Shown: positions 9,468-18,582 of the stretch, piece after piece
Numbering within the stretch: the first letter of the stretch is position 1
Layout of the letters: each line of letters starts with the position of its first letter
DNA from: Nitrososphaerota archaeon
Lineage (GTDB): Archaea; Thermoproteota; Nitrososphaeria_A; Caldarchaeales; Calditenuaceae
NCBI GenBank assembly: GCA_033581555.1
Contig: JAVQSZ010000002.1
Span: forward strand, 96,001 to 160,000
Reading direction: 5' to 3'
DNA length: 64,000 nt
Notes under the pieces: generated by a model
What the model was told of the DNA's origin: nothing
The model's input: only the letters and a program-made list of their open reading frames with translations
Database searches by the model: none
Program-made: the position numbers and the translations under genes

Positions 9468-9872
9468 TCAGAGGCCGACGTAGTGCAGCTTCACGTGCTC
9501 CCTCATCAGCTCCCCGTAGGGCGTGGCATAGCCACAGTGGGGACAGACGTGAAGACCAGGGTCGGCCGGACCTGCCGTGCTCAGCGCGAGCCTGACCTCT
9601 TCAGGGTTGAGCACGACCACCCTCAGCCTCTCGCCGTCGGACTCCACCTTGCAGTGCTCCGAGACGCTCAACTCCCCTAGGGCGTCCCGAACGAGGCCGA
9701 GGAGGGCGGCCTGGCTCGGCCTCGACCAGCTGACCGAGAGGTCTATCGCGACCGACCCCTCCCTGGGGACCGCGATCCCGCCCAACTCAACAAGGCGCTC
9801 GGTGAGCCTCGCCGCGAGGGGGACCTCGAGCCCCCTGAAGCCCACGACGACGACGTAGACGACGTCCCTCAA
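9468..9872 (-). CDS. Hypothetical protein with C-terminal C2H2 zinc finger
   Basis: CPHCGY...HVKLHY; overlaps the nadM stop. Confidence 0.7.
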   Translation of the reverse strand: MRDVVYVVVVGFRGLEVPLAARLTERLVELGGIAVPREGSVAIDLSVSWSRPSQAALLGLVRDALGELSVSEHCKVESDGERLRVVVLNPEEVRLALSTAGPADPGLHVCPHCGYATPYGELMREHVKLHYVGL

Positions 9873-10423
9873 GTCCCGGTCACCCGCGGAGCTGAAGTCT
9901 TCATTTGGGAGAAGATCACCCTCAGCCTTTCGACGCCGCCGATGCTCCTGATGTACTCCGCGACCTCGGGCTGGACGTAGTCCTCCCAGGGCCCTCCCTC
10001 GACCATCAGCCTCCTGATCTCGGTCCCGTTGAACCTCTCCCTCTCGAAGAGCTGGGGCTCCCTCACCCTGATCCCCGAGGACTCCGCCAACAGCTTTACG
10101 AAGGGGTTGTTGGTGTAGAGCGCCTCGAACTTGGGCACCGTGGCTACCACCCTGCTGATCCAGAGATGGTGCTCTCCGATGTCCGGCACCGGGACCGGAA
10201 TCACCCTCGAGAGGTCGTGTCCCGCGCTCTTCAGGCCTATGCGGATCATCTCGATCCTCTCACCCGCGGTGAAGGGGTTGTCGGGCGTGTAGCTGAACTG
10301 GGAGCTCCCTATAGCGACTATGAGCTCGTCGTTCTCCGATAGTGCTTGTTCAGCGGCCCTGAGGTGTCCGAGGTGAAACGGCTGGAACCTCCCGACCAGC
10401 AGCCCCCGCTTCGGTATCGCCAA
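9869..10423 (-). CDS. nadM: Nicotinamide-nucleotide adenylyltransferase
   Basis: GRFQPFHLGH, IGSSQ, NPFTAGER, GTEIR. Confidence 0.95.
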   Translation of the reverse strand: MAIPKRGLLVGRFQPFHLGHLRAAEQALSENDELIVAIGSSQFSYTPDNPFTAGERIEMIRIGLKSAGHDLSRVIPVPVPDIGEHHLWISRVVATVPKFEALYTNNPFVKLLAESSGIRVREPQLFERERFNGTEIRRLMVEGGPWEDYVQPEVAEYIRSIGGVERLRVIFSQMKTSAPRVTGT

Positions 10424-10533
10424 CCCGTGCCGTCGTAGCGGCGACTCTCTAATTAACGGAACACCGGTCCTTCCTTCGACCGATCCGGGACCACAAAACT
10501 ATTAACGCCCCCCAAATCGCGTGCTAGAGGCGC

Positions 10534-10953
10534 ATGTCGACCACTTACGAGGTGCCCAGCGGGCTGAGCTACTCTAGGAACCACGAGTGGGTCAGGCAGA
10601 AGGGCAAGTACGCGGTGATCGGGGTCACGGACTACGTCCAGAAGAAGCTGCGGGAGATACTCTACGTGGAGCTCCCGAACATCAACACCAAGCTCACCAG
10701 AGGCCAGCACCTCGCGACGATCGAGTCGGTCGGGGGGAGCCACGAGGTGAGGGCCCCGGTCAGCGGGAAGATAGTTGAGGTGAACGCGAGGCTCATCGAC
10801 AGCCCCGAGCTGATCAACGAGTACCCCTACGAGGACGGTTGGATCTGCAGGATGGAGGTCTCGGACCCGACGGAGCTAGAGGACCTGATGCAGCCCGACG
10901 AGTACACTAGATACATCGAGGAGCTTGAGCTGGAGGCTAGCGAGACCGAGTGA
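10534..10953 (+). CDS. Glycine cleavage H-protein homolog lacking the lipoyl lysine
   Basis: HEWV, IGVTDY, APVSGKIVEVN, PELINEYPYEDGW; ESVGG replaces ESVKA. Confidence 0.85.
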   Translation: MSTTYEVPSGLSYSRNHEWVRQKGKYAVIGVTDYVQKKLREILYVELPNINTKLTRGQHLATIESVGGSHEVRAPVSGKIVEVNARLIDSPELINEYPYEDGWICRMEVSDPTELEDLMQPDEYTRYIEELELEASETE

Positions 10954-10968
10954 GCGCCGTTCACTCTC

Positions 10969-11949
10969 TCACGCCGTTAAAGCAGAGATCACCCTCAGCG
11001 GCGTCCTCATTATCGAGACGAAGCCCTCGAGCTTGATGCCCCTCGCGATCCCGAAGAGCTCCTCCACCTCTCCTGGAGTCAGAGGCACGTCGGCGGAGTG
11101 CGCGTTGAGCTCGGCCTGTTGGGGCGTCTTCACGCCCGCGATCGCGACGACCTTGTCCCTCTCCACGAGGGCCCTCAGCGCGATCTGTGAGACCTCGCAC
11201 CCGTACTTCCTCGCCAGCTCCCTCATCCTCTCCAGCAACGGCTCGACCCTGCGGAGGTTGGTCCCGTCGAAGAGCCTGTTGATGCTCCTCACTAGGTCCC
11301 TGGGCCTGTTGACGGCCGAGTACTTCCCCGTCAGGAGGCCCTGCGCCAGGGGACTGTAGGCGAGGACCGTCACCCTCTCGCCGAAGGCCCTGAAGTTGCT
11401 CTCCGCCGCTCCCCTCTCCAATAAATTGTACTTCACCTGGTTCGAGACGATCTCCGCAGACCTCAGGTGCTCCTGGGCCTTTGCGAGCAGTCGCGGTGGG
11501 AAGTTGCTGACGCCGACGTACCTGATCTTCCCCTCCCTCAACAGCCTGTCCATCGCCCTCATCGTCGACGATATCGGGACGAACGGGTTCGGCCAGTGGA
11601 CCTGATAGAGGTCTATGACGTCCACCCCGAGCCTCTTCAGGCTCCGCTCGCAGGCCTTGATCGTCCCGTCGTAGGTGGCATGGGTCGGCCAGACCTTCGT
11701 CGCTATGAGGACCGAGTCCCTCATCCCCTTGATCGCCCTCCCGACCACCTCCTCTGACCTTCCGCCGCCGTAGATCTCCGCGGTGTCGATCAGGTTGACC
11801 CCGAGCTCGATCGACCTCCTTATGGCCTGGATCACCTCCTCCTCTCCGTAGCCCCTCCCCCAGCCCCACTCCCTGCTCCCGATCTGCCAAGTCCCGACGG
11901 CGATCACCGAGACCCTCTCGGACGACCTCCCGAGAGTCGTGTACCTCAC
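10969..11949 (-). CDS. Aldo/keto reductase
   Basis: GTWQIG, IDTAEIYG, IATK, DLYQVHWP, GVSNF, AYSPLAQGLLTGKY. Start set to GTG 11949. Confidence 0.93.
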   Translation of the reverse strand: MRYTTLGRSSERVSVIAVGTWQIGSREWGWGRGYGEEEVIQAIRRSIELGVNLIDTAEIYGGGRSEEVVGRAIKGMRDSVLIATKVWPTHATYDGTIKACERSLKRLGVDVIDLYQVHWPNPFVPISSTMRAMDRLLREGKIRYVGVSNFPPRLLAKAQEHLRSAEIVSNQVKYNLLERGAAESNFRAFGERVTVLAYSPLAQGLLTGKYSAVNRPRDLVRSINRLFDGTNLRRVEPLLERMRELARKYGCEVSQIALRALVERDKVVAIAGVKTPQQAELNAHSADVPLTPGEVEELFGIARGIKLEGFVSIMRTPLRVISALTA

Positions 11950-12326
11950 GCACCCCCCGACCTCCTCAGGACGAGCCTCAACGCGGTGCTCAAAGATATC
12001 GCGGCTGCGGCCGTCACGGCGAAGTAGACGACCGCGGGAAGCGAGACGAGGACGACAGTCGGCAGCCCAACGACTGCAGAGAGCAGCTCGGCGAGCCTGA
12101 AAGACTTCGGGTGCGAGAGGGTGGAGAGGAGCGCGACGACGTAAGGCAACGTCCCGACGGCCGCGAACGGGATCGCGTGAGCCCTCCTCTCGAGCAGCGA
12201 CCCGCCGATCAGTCCGGTGATCAGGGCCGCGACCGCCCAGAGGCCGGAAGGCAAGATGATCAGAGCCAAGGCGCCGACTGGAACGCCGATCATCGGAAGG
12301 ATGCTCCTCGCCCTCAACCCGGTCAC
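11946..12326 (-). CDS. Small multi-pass membrane protein
   Basis: About 4 hydrophobic segments; start and stop overlap both neighbours. Confidence 0.65.
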   Translation of the reverse strand: MTGLRARSILPMIGVPVGALALIILPSGLWAVAALITGLIGGSLLERRAHAIPFAAVGTLPYVVALLSTLSHPKSFRLAELLSAVVGLPTVVLVSLPAVVYFAVTAAAAISLSTALRLVLRRSGGA

Positions 12327-14863
12327 CCGCTGATCGTGAGGACCATGAGCCTCTCCCTGACCTCCTCCGGCCTCCTCGGGACCTCCAGCAGGTGATACCT
12401 GTAACCGTACCACTCGTCAAATGAGTCGGAGTAGAATTCCGAGACCGGGCTCTCGCTCTGGCCTCCAGGATAGACTCCGTACGCGATCGGCCTCCCGTCT
12501 ACGAAGGTCACGACCATCTTCCAGCTCGGGCCCGTGGTGACGTAGACCTTCCTCTCGAGTACACGGAGGTCGTACGGGAACCCGGCGTTCATCAAGGTTC
12601 CCGAGGCTCCGTCGTGGGACAGTGGCCCGATCGAGAACGCGTCGAGCGAGCTCAGGTGTCCGACGCGGAGCCTGTGTATCCTTCCCCAAGTCCACCCTCC
12701 CGGGTCCGGCCCGAGGTTCGCCCTCAACCACTCGACCGCCCTCGAGAGCGCGGACCTCGCGACCCTCCTCAGGTCTCCCCCGAACCAATAACTCTGGGGC
12801 TCGTTGTGGATCAGCCAGACCATCGTCGACTCCAGGGGCAGGTAGCTGCTCGAGAGCCCCAGCTCCCTGAACCTGGCCGCGAAGGACTCCTCGTAGAGCG
12901 CTGAGAACCAGGCCCACCATATCGCCGGTGCGACCGAGTCCCTCCTCATTTTGTAGTCCCATCGCCGGAGCTCCTCAAGCGCGCGCCTCTCGGGATCCGT
13001 CAGCCCCTCGAAGCCTGCCGAGAGCTCGAGCAGCTTGGGGACCATCGAGGCCGCGAACCAGAGGTGGACGTCGTTCTGGTAGGCCATGAAGTCCTCAATT
13101 GAATGGGAGCCCTTCGATGCTAGGAGAGCGTGTATCCGCTGGGCCCTAGCGCCGGGGTCGTACCATCCCGCCAAGATATAATACGGATAGAGTCTCCCCG
13201 CGGTCTGCTGGTTCGGTGCGGCCGCGAAGCCCCTCGCCGGGTTGATCGTCATCGGGACGTGCTCGTAGGGCACGAAGCCCTCCCACTCGTGCGCGCCGGT
13301 TCCGTTCAGAATCGACCTGGAGCCTATCACCTTGATCGACTCGCCGGTCGGAAGCCTCACGGTCCTGTAGGGGAAGAGCCCGGGGACGACGATGCCGTAG
13401 TTCCCATGCTTGTCGATCACAGCCCAGTTCTGCGACGGCACGTCCCAGTACCTCAGCGCTTCAACGACCTCGGCGAGCGATCTGGCTCTCATCACCCTGT
13501 AGGCTGCGACCGACTCGCGCGTCACTCCGGAGCCGTCGTCGTTGAACCCGGAGATCGCGGTCCACTTCATCGAGACGTACACCCCGTTGTGGTGGAAGAC
13601 CGGCCCGTGGACCGTTAGGTTGACGGTTATGACCCTCTCGCCTCCTCCCCTGACCCTGATCGTCTCCTCGAGTCTCCTCATCTCCCTCCACTCGCCCTTG
13701 AAGGAGTACTGGTTGCCCCTGACTTTCTCGAGGTAGAAGTCTGTGACCCCGATCTGCGAGTTGGTGAGGCCCCACGCGACGTGCTCGTTGAACCCGATGA
13801 TCACGAACGGCACCCCTGGGAGAGTGACTCCCCTTACGTTCAGCTCACCGGTCACGAGGTGAACCTCGTACCAGACCGAGGGGAGGTTCAGCGATAGGTG
13901 GGGGTCATCTGCGAGCATCGGCCCGCCAGTCGCGGAGAGCCTCGGCGAGACGACCCAGTTGTTGCTACCGACGTCGAGCCTTCCGAAACCCGCGAGGCCC
14001 GAGATTGAGTTGATGAACTCGAAGAGCCTACCCGCGAGCTCCTTATCTGTGAGGTCTACGCCGGTCGCCCACTCCTCGAACCAGTTGAGCCTTTCGAGGA
14101 GGTCCGGGTCCGCGCCGAGCCTGAGCCTCCCGATCGAGCCGTCCCCGGGGACGACGGTGACGTTCTCGATGTAGTAGTGCCTTACTGGGTAGAGCTTCAT
14201 CGCCTCAGAGGGTCCCAGCTTGACCGCGAGGGCCGTTAACAGCAAGGGGTACCAGAAGCCCGTGAGCGTCCAAGCCATGAACCTTGCCCATACGAGGGAG
14301 TCCTCAGGCCTCCACGGCTCGGGCTCGTAGTTGAGGAGCTTGAACATCAGGGGCAACTTCCCCGAAGTCCTCATCTCCTCGATCGCGGCGTTCACGCCCT
14401 CCGAATACGCGACCAGGACCGAGTGGACCTCAGGGTGGTTCGCCCTGAGCCACTCCGCGGTCGCCTTCGCGGACCTGTGAAGGCCTATGACCCTCATCAG
14501 CGCGTCGGTCCTCAGGCCGGCCTCCCCGACGATCTCGGAGAGCCTCCCTGAGGCCAGCCTCCTCTGCACGTCCATCTGCCAGAGCCTGTCCCTCGCGTGG
14601 ACGTAACCTAGGGCCCTGAAAGCGTCGAGCTCGTCGGCGGCGTAGACGTGTGGAACAAGCCTGCCGTCGTAGACGACCTTCACCTGCGACCTCAGGCCGG
14701 GGAGCCTCACGATCGCGTCCGAGACCCCAACCCTCTCGAGCTCGGTCCAGACGCCCTTGATCGGATGGAGGACCGCGAAGGGCCCAGACACCAGGATCAG
14801 CAAGACGGCTATCGTCGCGGACAAGACGGCTATCGATAGATCTCCGAGGACGCGCCTGACCAT
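12323..14863 (-). CDS. Penicillin acylase family Ntn hydrolase with N-terminal anchor
   Basis: GYVHARDRLWQMD, GSNNW nucleophile site, ADDPHL, PGGQS. Confidence 0.93.
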   Translation of the reverse strand: MVRRVLGDLSIAVLSATIAVLLILVSGPFAVLHPIKGVWTELERVGVSDAIVRLPGLRSQVKVVYDGRLVPHVYAADELDAFRALGYVHARDRLWQMDVQRRLASGRLSEIVGEAGLRTDALMRVIGLHRSAKATAEWLRANHPEVHSVLVAYSEGVNAAIEEMRTSGKLPLMFKLLNYEPEPWRPEDSLVWARFMAWTLTGFWYPLLLTALAVKLGPSEAMKLYPVRHYYIENVTVVPGDGSIGRLRLGADPDLLERLNWFEEWATGVDLTDKELAGRLFEFINSISGLAGFGRLDVGSNNWVVSPRLSATGGPMLADDPHLSLNLPSVWYEVHLVTGELNVRGVTLPGVPFVIIGFNEHVAWGLTNSQIGVTDFYLEKVRGNQYSFKGEWREMRRLEETIRVRGGGERVITVNLTVHGPVFHHNGVYVSMKWTAISGFNDDGSGVTRESVAAYRVMRARSLAEVVEALRYWDVPSQNWAVIDKHGNYGIVVPGLFPYRTVRLPTGESIKVIGSRSILNGTGAHEWEGFVPYEHVPMTINPARGFAAAPNQQTAGRLYPYYILAGWYDPGARAQRIHALLASKGSHSIEDFMAYQNDVHLWFAASMVPKLLELSAGFEGLTDPERRALEELRRWDYKMRRDSVAPAIWWAWFSALYEESFAARFRELGLSSSYLPLESTMVWLIHNEPQSYWFGGDLRRVARSALSRAVEWLRANLGPDPGGWTWGRIHRLRVGHLSSLDAFSIGPLSHDGASGTLMNAGFPYDLRVLERKVYVTTGPSWKMVVTFVDGRPIAYGVYPGGQSESPVSEFYSDSFDEWYGYRYHLLEVPRRPEEVRERLMVLTISG

Positions 14864-14911
14864 CGAATACGGGAGGAGCGTTCTTGGAAATAAAGGGGAT
14901 TGATTGGTGCC

Positions 14912-15511
14912 TCAGAGGGGCGTGGTCGCGGTCGGTTGGGCGGGCTGCGGAGGCGACTCAGGTATCGAGAAGAACGCGACTATCTGCAGGATCTCTGCGA
15001 TCAGAATCAGAATGAACCCCACTAGAATTATGCTGAGGAGCGCGCCGTAGAAGTACAGCTTTCCCACGGTCCCGAACATGGGAACATTAAGCCTGGAGTT
15101 GATCGCGTCGTAGCCGCGCCGTAGAAATCTGGCTGAGAAGATCATGACGAGCCAGAACGCGACGAGGCCCACGATGAACACCCCGAGCAGCTGCGAGAAG
15201 AACGCAAAAGGATCAGCCGGCGCTCCCGGACCTAGTCCTCCCCCGAGGATCGTGAAGAACAAACCAAAGCCGAGGAGCAGCCCCGCGACTACCGACCCGA
15301 TGATTGCTAAGATCACCGCTGTCAGGACGTTGTTGAAGATTGTCCTATCGTTCACGGCCTTGGAGACCCTGTCGACCGCGATCAGTATGAGGACCCACCC
15401 CACTATCGCCAGCACAAACCCGACCGAGGGCACGAGACCCAGGACGACTAGTATCGCTCCGATCCCACCAAGCGTCTTTGCCTCCGAGAGACTTTGCACG
15501 GCTGGCCTCAA
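14912..15511 (-). CDS. DUF996-like membrane protein
   Basis: AKTLGGIGAIL N-terminus and ILQIVAFFSIP C-terminus. Confidence 0.75.
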   Translation of the reverse strand: MRPAVQSLSEAKTLGGIGAILVVLGLVPSVGFVLAIVGWVLILIAVDRVSKAVNDRTIFNNVLTAVILAIIGSVVAGLLLGFGLFFTILGGGLGPGAPADPFAFFSQLLGVFIVGLVAFWLVMIFSARFLRRGYDAINSRLNVPMFGTVGKLYFYGALLSIILVGFILILIAEILQIVAFFSIPESPPQPAQPTATTPL

Positions 15512-15568
15512 TTCCGTTGATTATTAACTGTTTAGCAAAAACGCGTTCGACTATGAGGGTTAACACCG

Positions 15569-15907
15569 TCAACCTCGGGCGCTGCCCAATAGCCTCGCGA
15601 GCTCCTGAGCCTCGAGGACGTTCCCTTGGACCCTGAGCTTGCCCGCGAAGAAGAGCTTGAACGGGTCGGCCTTTCCCGTGAAGACGTCGACGAGGTCCTG
15701 CGAGGACGCTATTATGGTCGCGACAGGGTTCGGCCCTTCTCCCGCTGCGGCCTCGAGCGATCCGGGCTTGACGTGGAGGTAGAACGGACCTCCGTCCGTG
15801 GGCTTGAACTGGAAGACCTTCTCCGCCTTAGCGAGGCTCGCCATCAGACTCGGGTTGGCAGAGACCCTGGAGACGAGGTCGCGGAGGGAGTCTAGAGGCG
15901 CGCTCAC
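15569..15907 (-). CDS. SCP2 sterol/lipid-binding domain protein
   Basis: DPFKLFFAGKLRVQGN motif. Confidence 0.85.
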   Translation of the reverse strand: MSAPLDSLRDLVSRVSANPSLMASLAKAEKVFQFKPTDGGPFYLHVKPGSLEAAAGEGPNPVATIIASSQDLVDVFTGKADPFKLFFAGKLRVQGNVLEAQELARLLGSARG

Positions 15908-16046
15908 GTTATAACACGTAGGTAGTGATTATTAAATCGTTCAGCCGAGCGACTACACGGAGCGGCCTTACCCGTTTGGGTCAGATCTCCCTCGATCGCA
16001 CAGTCACGATCGATGGACACCGGTGTGGCCGTCACGCATCCTGCGG

Positions 16047-17120
16047 TCACCTCGAGAACCCGATTCCGTCGCAGGTTATCCTCGCGCCCCGGTCGCCGAG
16101 GGACTCGACGTCGAACCTCGCGCCTATGACCCTCTCCGCGATGAAGACCGCTGTCTCCGTGTGGCCTGTCAGCTCGGTCACCCTGTAAGTCGACCTGCCG
16201 TCCGCGAGGGCGACCCAGATCACGAGCTGGTCCCCGAGGTGGCTGTCGACCGGCGCGCCTGTCCTCAGCTGCCTCGCGCACTCCTCGACCGCCCTGTCCG
16301 CGACCCTCTCCGCAGGAACCCCCCTCTCTCCCAACGAGTCGAACCCCATCGCGAGGCCGTTGTCGAGCTCGAGGACGACGATCACTCCCGTGCCGGGGTC
16401 GAGGGAGCACTTGGGGTGAGGGCTTTGGAGCGCCTCGGTCTCAACGGCGACCTCAGGTACTTTCAGCCTTTTCAGGCCCTCGGACGCCCTCCTCGCCATC
16501 CTCTCGACGATGTGCTCGGGGAGGTTGCAGCTGTACGCAAAGACCTTCGCCCTTACGACCCTCCCCGTCTCGACATCGATCGGCCGTAGCCTCCTCACGG
16601 GCTCGACCCTCGCCCTAACGATCCCACCTCCCCTAGGATAGAAGCCCCTCCTGACCAGCTCGATCTCGGCCCTCACGCCCATCCTCCTCAGCGCGGGCAT
16701 CAGGACCCAGTTCAGGTACTCTACGGGCGGTGCCATAGGGTTGTTCGTCCCTCCCCGGAGCTCGAGCTCGACGGGGCCGGTCGCGAACGCCGTTACCGGG
16801 AGGAGCGACTGGAGCATCAACGTGGTGCTACCGGCGGTTCCCGCGTCGACGACGAACCTCCCCGACCTGGGCGCGGAGGGATAGAACGCGACCTCCATCG
16901 ACCCGACCCTGAGGCCCTCGACCCTGCCCCCGGTCAGCTCCGCGACGCCCCTCACCGCCACCAGGTGCTGCGGCCTGAGCCCCGGCGGGTTCCTCTTCGC
17001 CCTGACGTTCACGACCCTGATCGGCCTCGAGAGCAGCGCCGCGGCCGAGACCGCCATCCTGAGGATCTGGCCGCCCCCCTCACCGACCGATCCGTCGATG
17101 ACGATGGGCTCCACGACCAC
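16047..17120 (-). CDS. rtcA: RNA 3'-terminal phosphate cyclase
   Basis: IDGSVGEGGGQILR, RNPPGLRPQHL, GFYPRGGG, DSHLGDQL, HTET. Confidence 0.96.
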   Translation of the reverse strand: MVVEPIVIDGSVGEGGGQILRMAVSAAALLSRPIRVVNVRAKRNPPGLRPQHLVAVRGVAELTGGRVEGLRVGSMEVAFYPSAPRSGRFVVDAGTAGSTTLMLQSLLPVTAFATGPVELELRGGTNNPMAPPVEYLNWVLMPALRRMGVRAEIELVRRGFYPRGGGIVRARVEPVRRLRPIDVETGRVVRAKVFAYSCNLPEHIVERMARRASEGLKRLKVPEVAVETEALQSPHPKCSLDPGTGVIVVLELDNGLAMGFDSLGERGVPAERVADRAVEECARQLRTGAPVDSHLGDQLVIWVALADGRSTYRVTELTGHTETAVFIAERVIGARFDVESLGDRGARITCDGIGFSR

Positions 17121-17121
17121 C

Positions 17122-18324
17122 TCACCTCCGAGCGGCGCTGACGATCGAGACGACGTCCCTCGGCCTCAGCCTGTAGTCCGCCGGGAGCCTCATCTTGCTC
17201 CTCGCGTCGATGGCGTAGAGGAAGTTCTCCCCCAGCTCTGTGTGGACCTTGTATGCCAAATCCCTGGGGGTCGAGCCCTCCTTCACCAAGTAGACGTCGG
17301 GGAGGACGCGACCGTTCGAGTCCGCGAAGGTGCTCGGGTCCTCGACCGGGAAGACCGGGATGTACCTCAGGACTTCGAGGTAGACCTTGTCGATCAGCCT
17401 CTGGACGCCGGTCCCACCGTTCCGCGCCATGAACTCCGCGACCCTCTCCAGCGCCCTTCGCTGCTCCGACGTGAGCCTCGCCTGCTCGGTGACCTCGAAG
17501 CTCGGGTCGCCGGGCAGGTACTTCACGACGCCCCTCCTCGCCGCGAGCCTCAGGAGCTTCTCGGCCTCGGCGCTGCAGGCGACGACGTCGTACCCGGCCT
17601 CGACCAGCCTACTGATCCCCTCCCTAGCCGTAGGGACGTCGGCCTTGTTGGCCGCTACGATCATCGGTTTCGTGAGCCTCCTGAGCGCCCTGACGTAACG
17701 CAGCACGTCCTCCCTGGTCCACTTGGAGGGCCTGGAACCGTCGAGGCCCGCGGACTCGAGCGCCTGCTCGGCGGCCTGCTCGGTAACCCTCAGCCCCGAC
17801 ATCTTCCTCGCGACCTCAGCGGCCATCGTCGACTGCTTCGTCTCCACGACCCTCACGACCCTGTTCCAGTCCCTCGCGAGGAGCTCGGCCATCCAGAGGT
17901 CCATTTCGTCCTCGACCATCCTCACGTCCTCGACGGGGTCGTGCGTCCCCGGCTGGACCGGGTTGCCGTCGTCGTCGGTCCCTCCAGAGGCGTCCGCGAC
18001 CACTATCAGCGCGTCGGCCTGCCTTATCTCGTCCAGGAACTGGAGGCCCATCCCCCTCCCCGCGTGGGCGCCCCTGACGATCCCGGGGCAGTCGATCACC
18101 GCGATCGGAACGAACCTGGTCCCGTCGACGCAAAGGGAGTTGTTCGGGTCGTCTTTCACGCCCAGCTCCCTGCAGACGCAGCTCACCCTTAGGTAGGTGA
18201 TGCCCCTGTTCGGCTTAGTGGTGGTGAAGGGGAAGTTCGCGGCCGGCACCTCGACCATCGTGAGCGCGGTGAAGAGCGTGCTCTTGCCGACGTTGGCCTT
18301 CCCGACGATGCCGGCCAGCTCCAA
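17122..18324 (-). CDS. ychF: YchF/Ola1 family translation-associated ATPase (archaeal, TGS domain)
   Basis: GKANVGKST, NFPFTT, DCPG, NKAD, VHTELG. Confidence 0.92.
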   Translation of the reverse strand: MELAGIVGKANVGKSTLFTALTMVEVPAANFPFTTTKPNRGITYLRVSCVCRELGVKDDPNNSLCVDGTRFVPIAVIDCPGIVRGAHAGRGMGLQFLDEIRQADALIVVADASGGTDDDGNPVQPGTHDPVEDVRMVEDEMDLWMAELLARDWNRVVRVVETKQSTMAAEVARKMSGLRVTEQAAEQALESAGLDGSRPSKWTREDVLRYVRALRRLTKPMIVAANKADVPTAREGISRLVEAGYDVVACSAEAEKLLRLAARRGVVKYLPGDPSFEVTEQARLTSEQRRALERVAEFMARNGGTGVQRLIDKVYLEVLRYIPVFPVEDPSTFADSNGRVLPDVYLVKEGSTPRDLAYKVHTELGENFLYAIDARSKMRLPADYRLRPRDVVSIVSAARR

Positions 18325-18393
18325 TCCGACTGACGTGGTCCTCGCCGCTATTAGGGGATCCCCTTTATCAATGGGGCGGGCAGAGGGTGCGCG

Positions 18394-18582
18394 TTGAGCC
18401 CGAAGGCCCTGGTGCTGCTGACGGCTGCGGTCGTCACCGTCCTCTCGCTGCTCGGGACCTTCCTCTACGGCGTCGTTGCGGGCCTCAGGGTAGCCCTCCG
18501 GTTCCTCCTGCCCCTGTTGGTGATCGCTGTGGCCCTGATGCTCCTGGTCGCGCTCCTCTCGAGGCCGAGGGAGGAGGACTAG
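18394..18582 (+). CDS. Small two-helix membrane protein
   Basis: Hydrophobic 62-aa ORF ~27 nt after TTTATC; fills the gap between genes. Confidence 0.55.
   Translation: MSPKALVLLTAAVVTVLSLLGTFLYGVVAGLRVALRFLLPLLVIAVALMLLVALLSRPREED

Noticed and set aside
11950-12420. 150-aa N-terminal extension of the aldo/keto reductase
   Set aside because: Low-complexity Arg-rich frame overlapping the real membrane-protein gene.
15962-16035. Canonical or intron-containing tRNA
   Set aside because: No TTCRA T-loop, 7-nt anticodon loop or BHB motif; kept only as a generic structured-RNA candidate.
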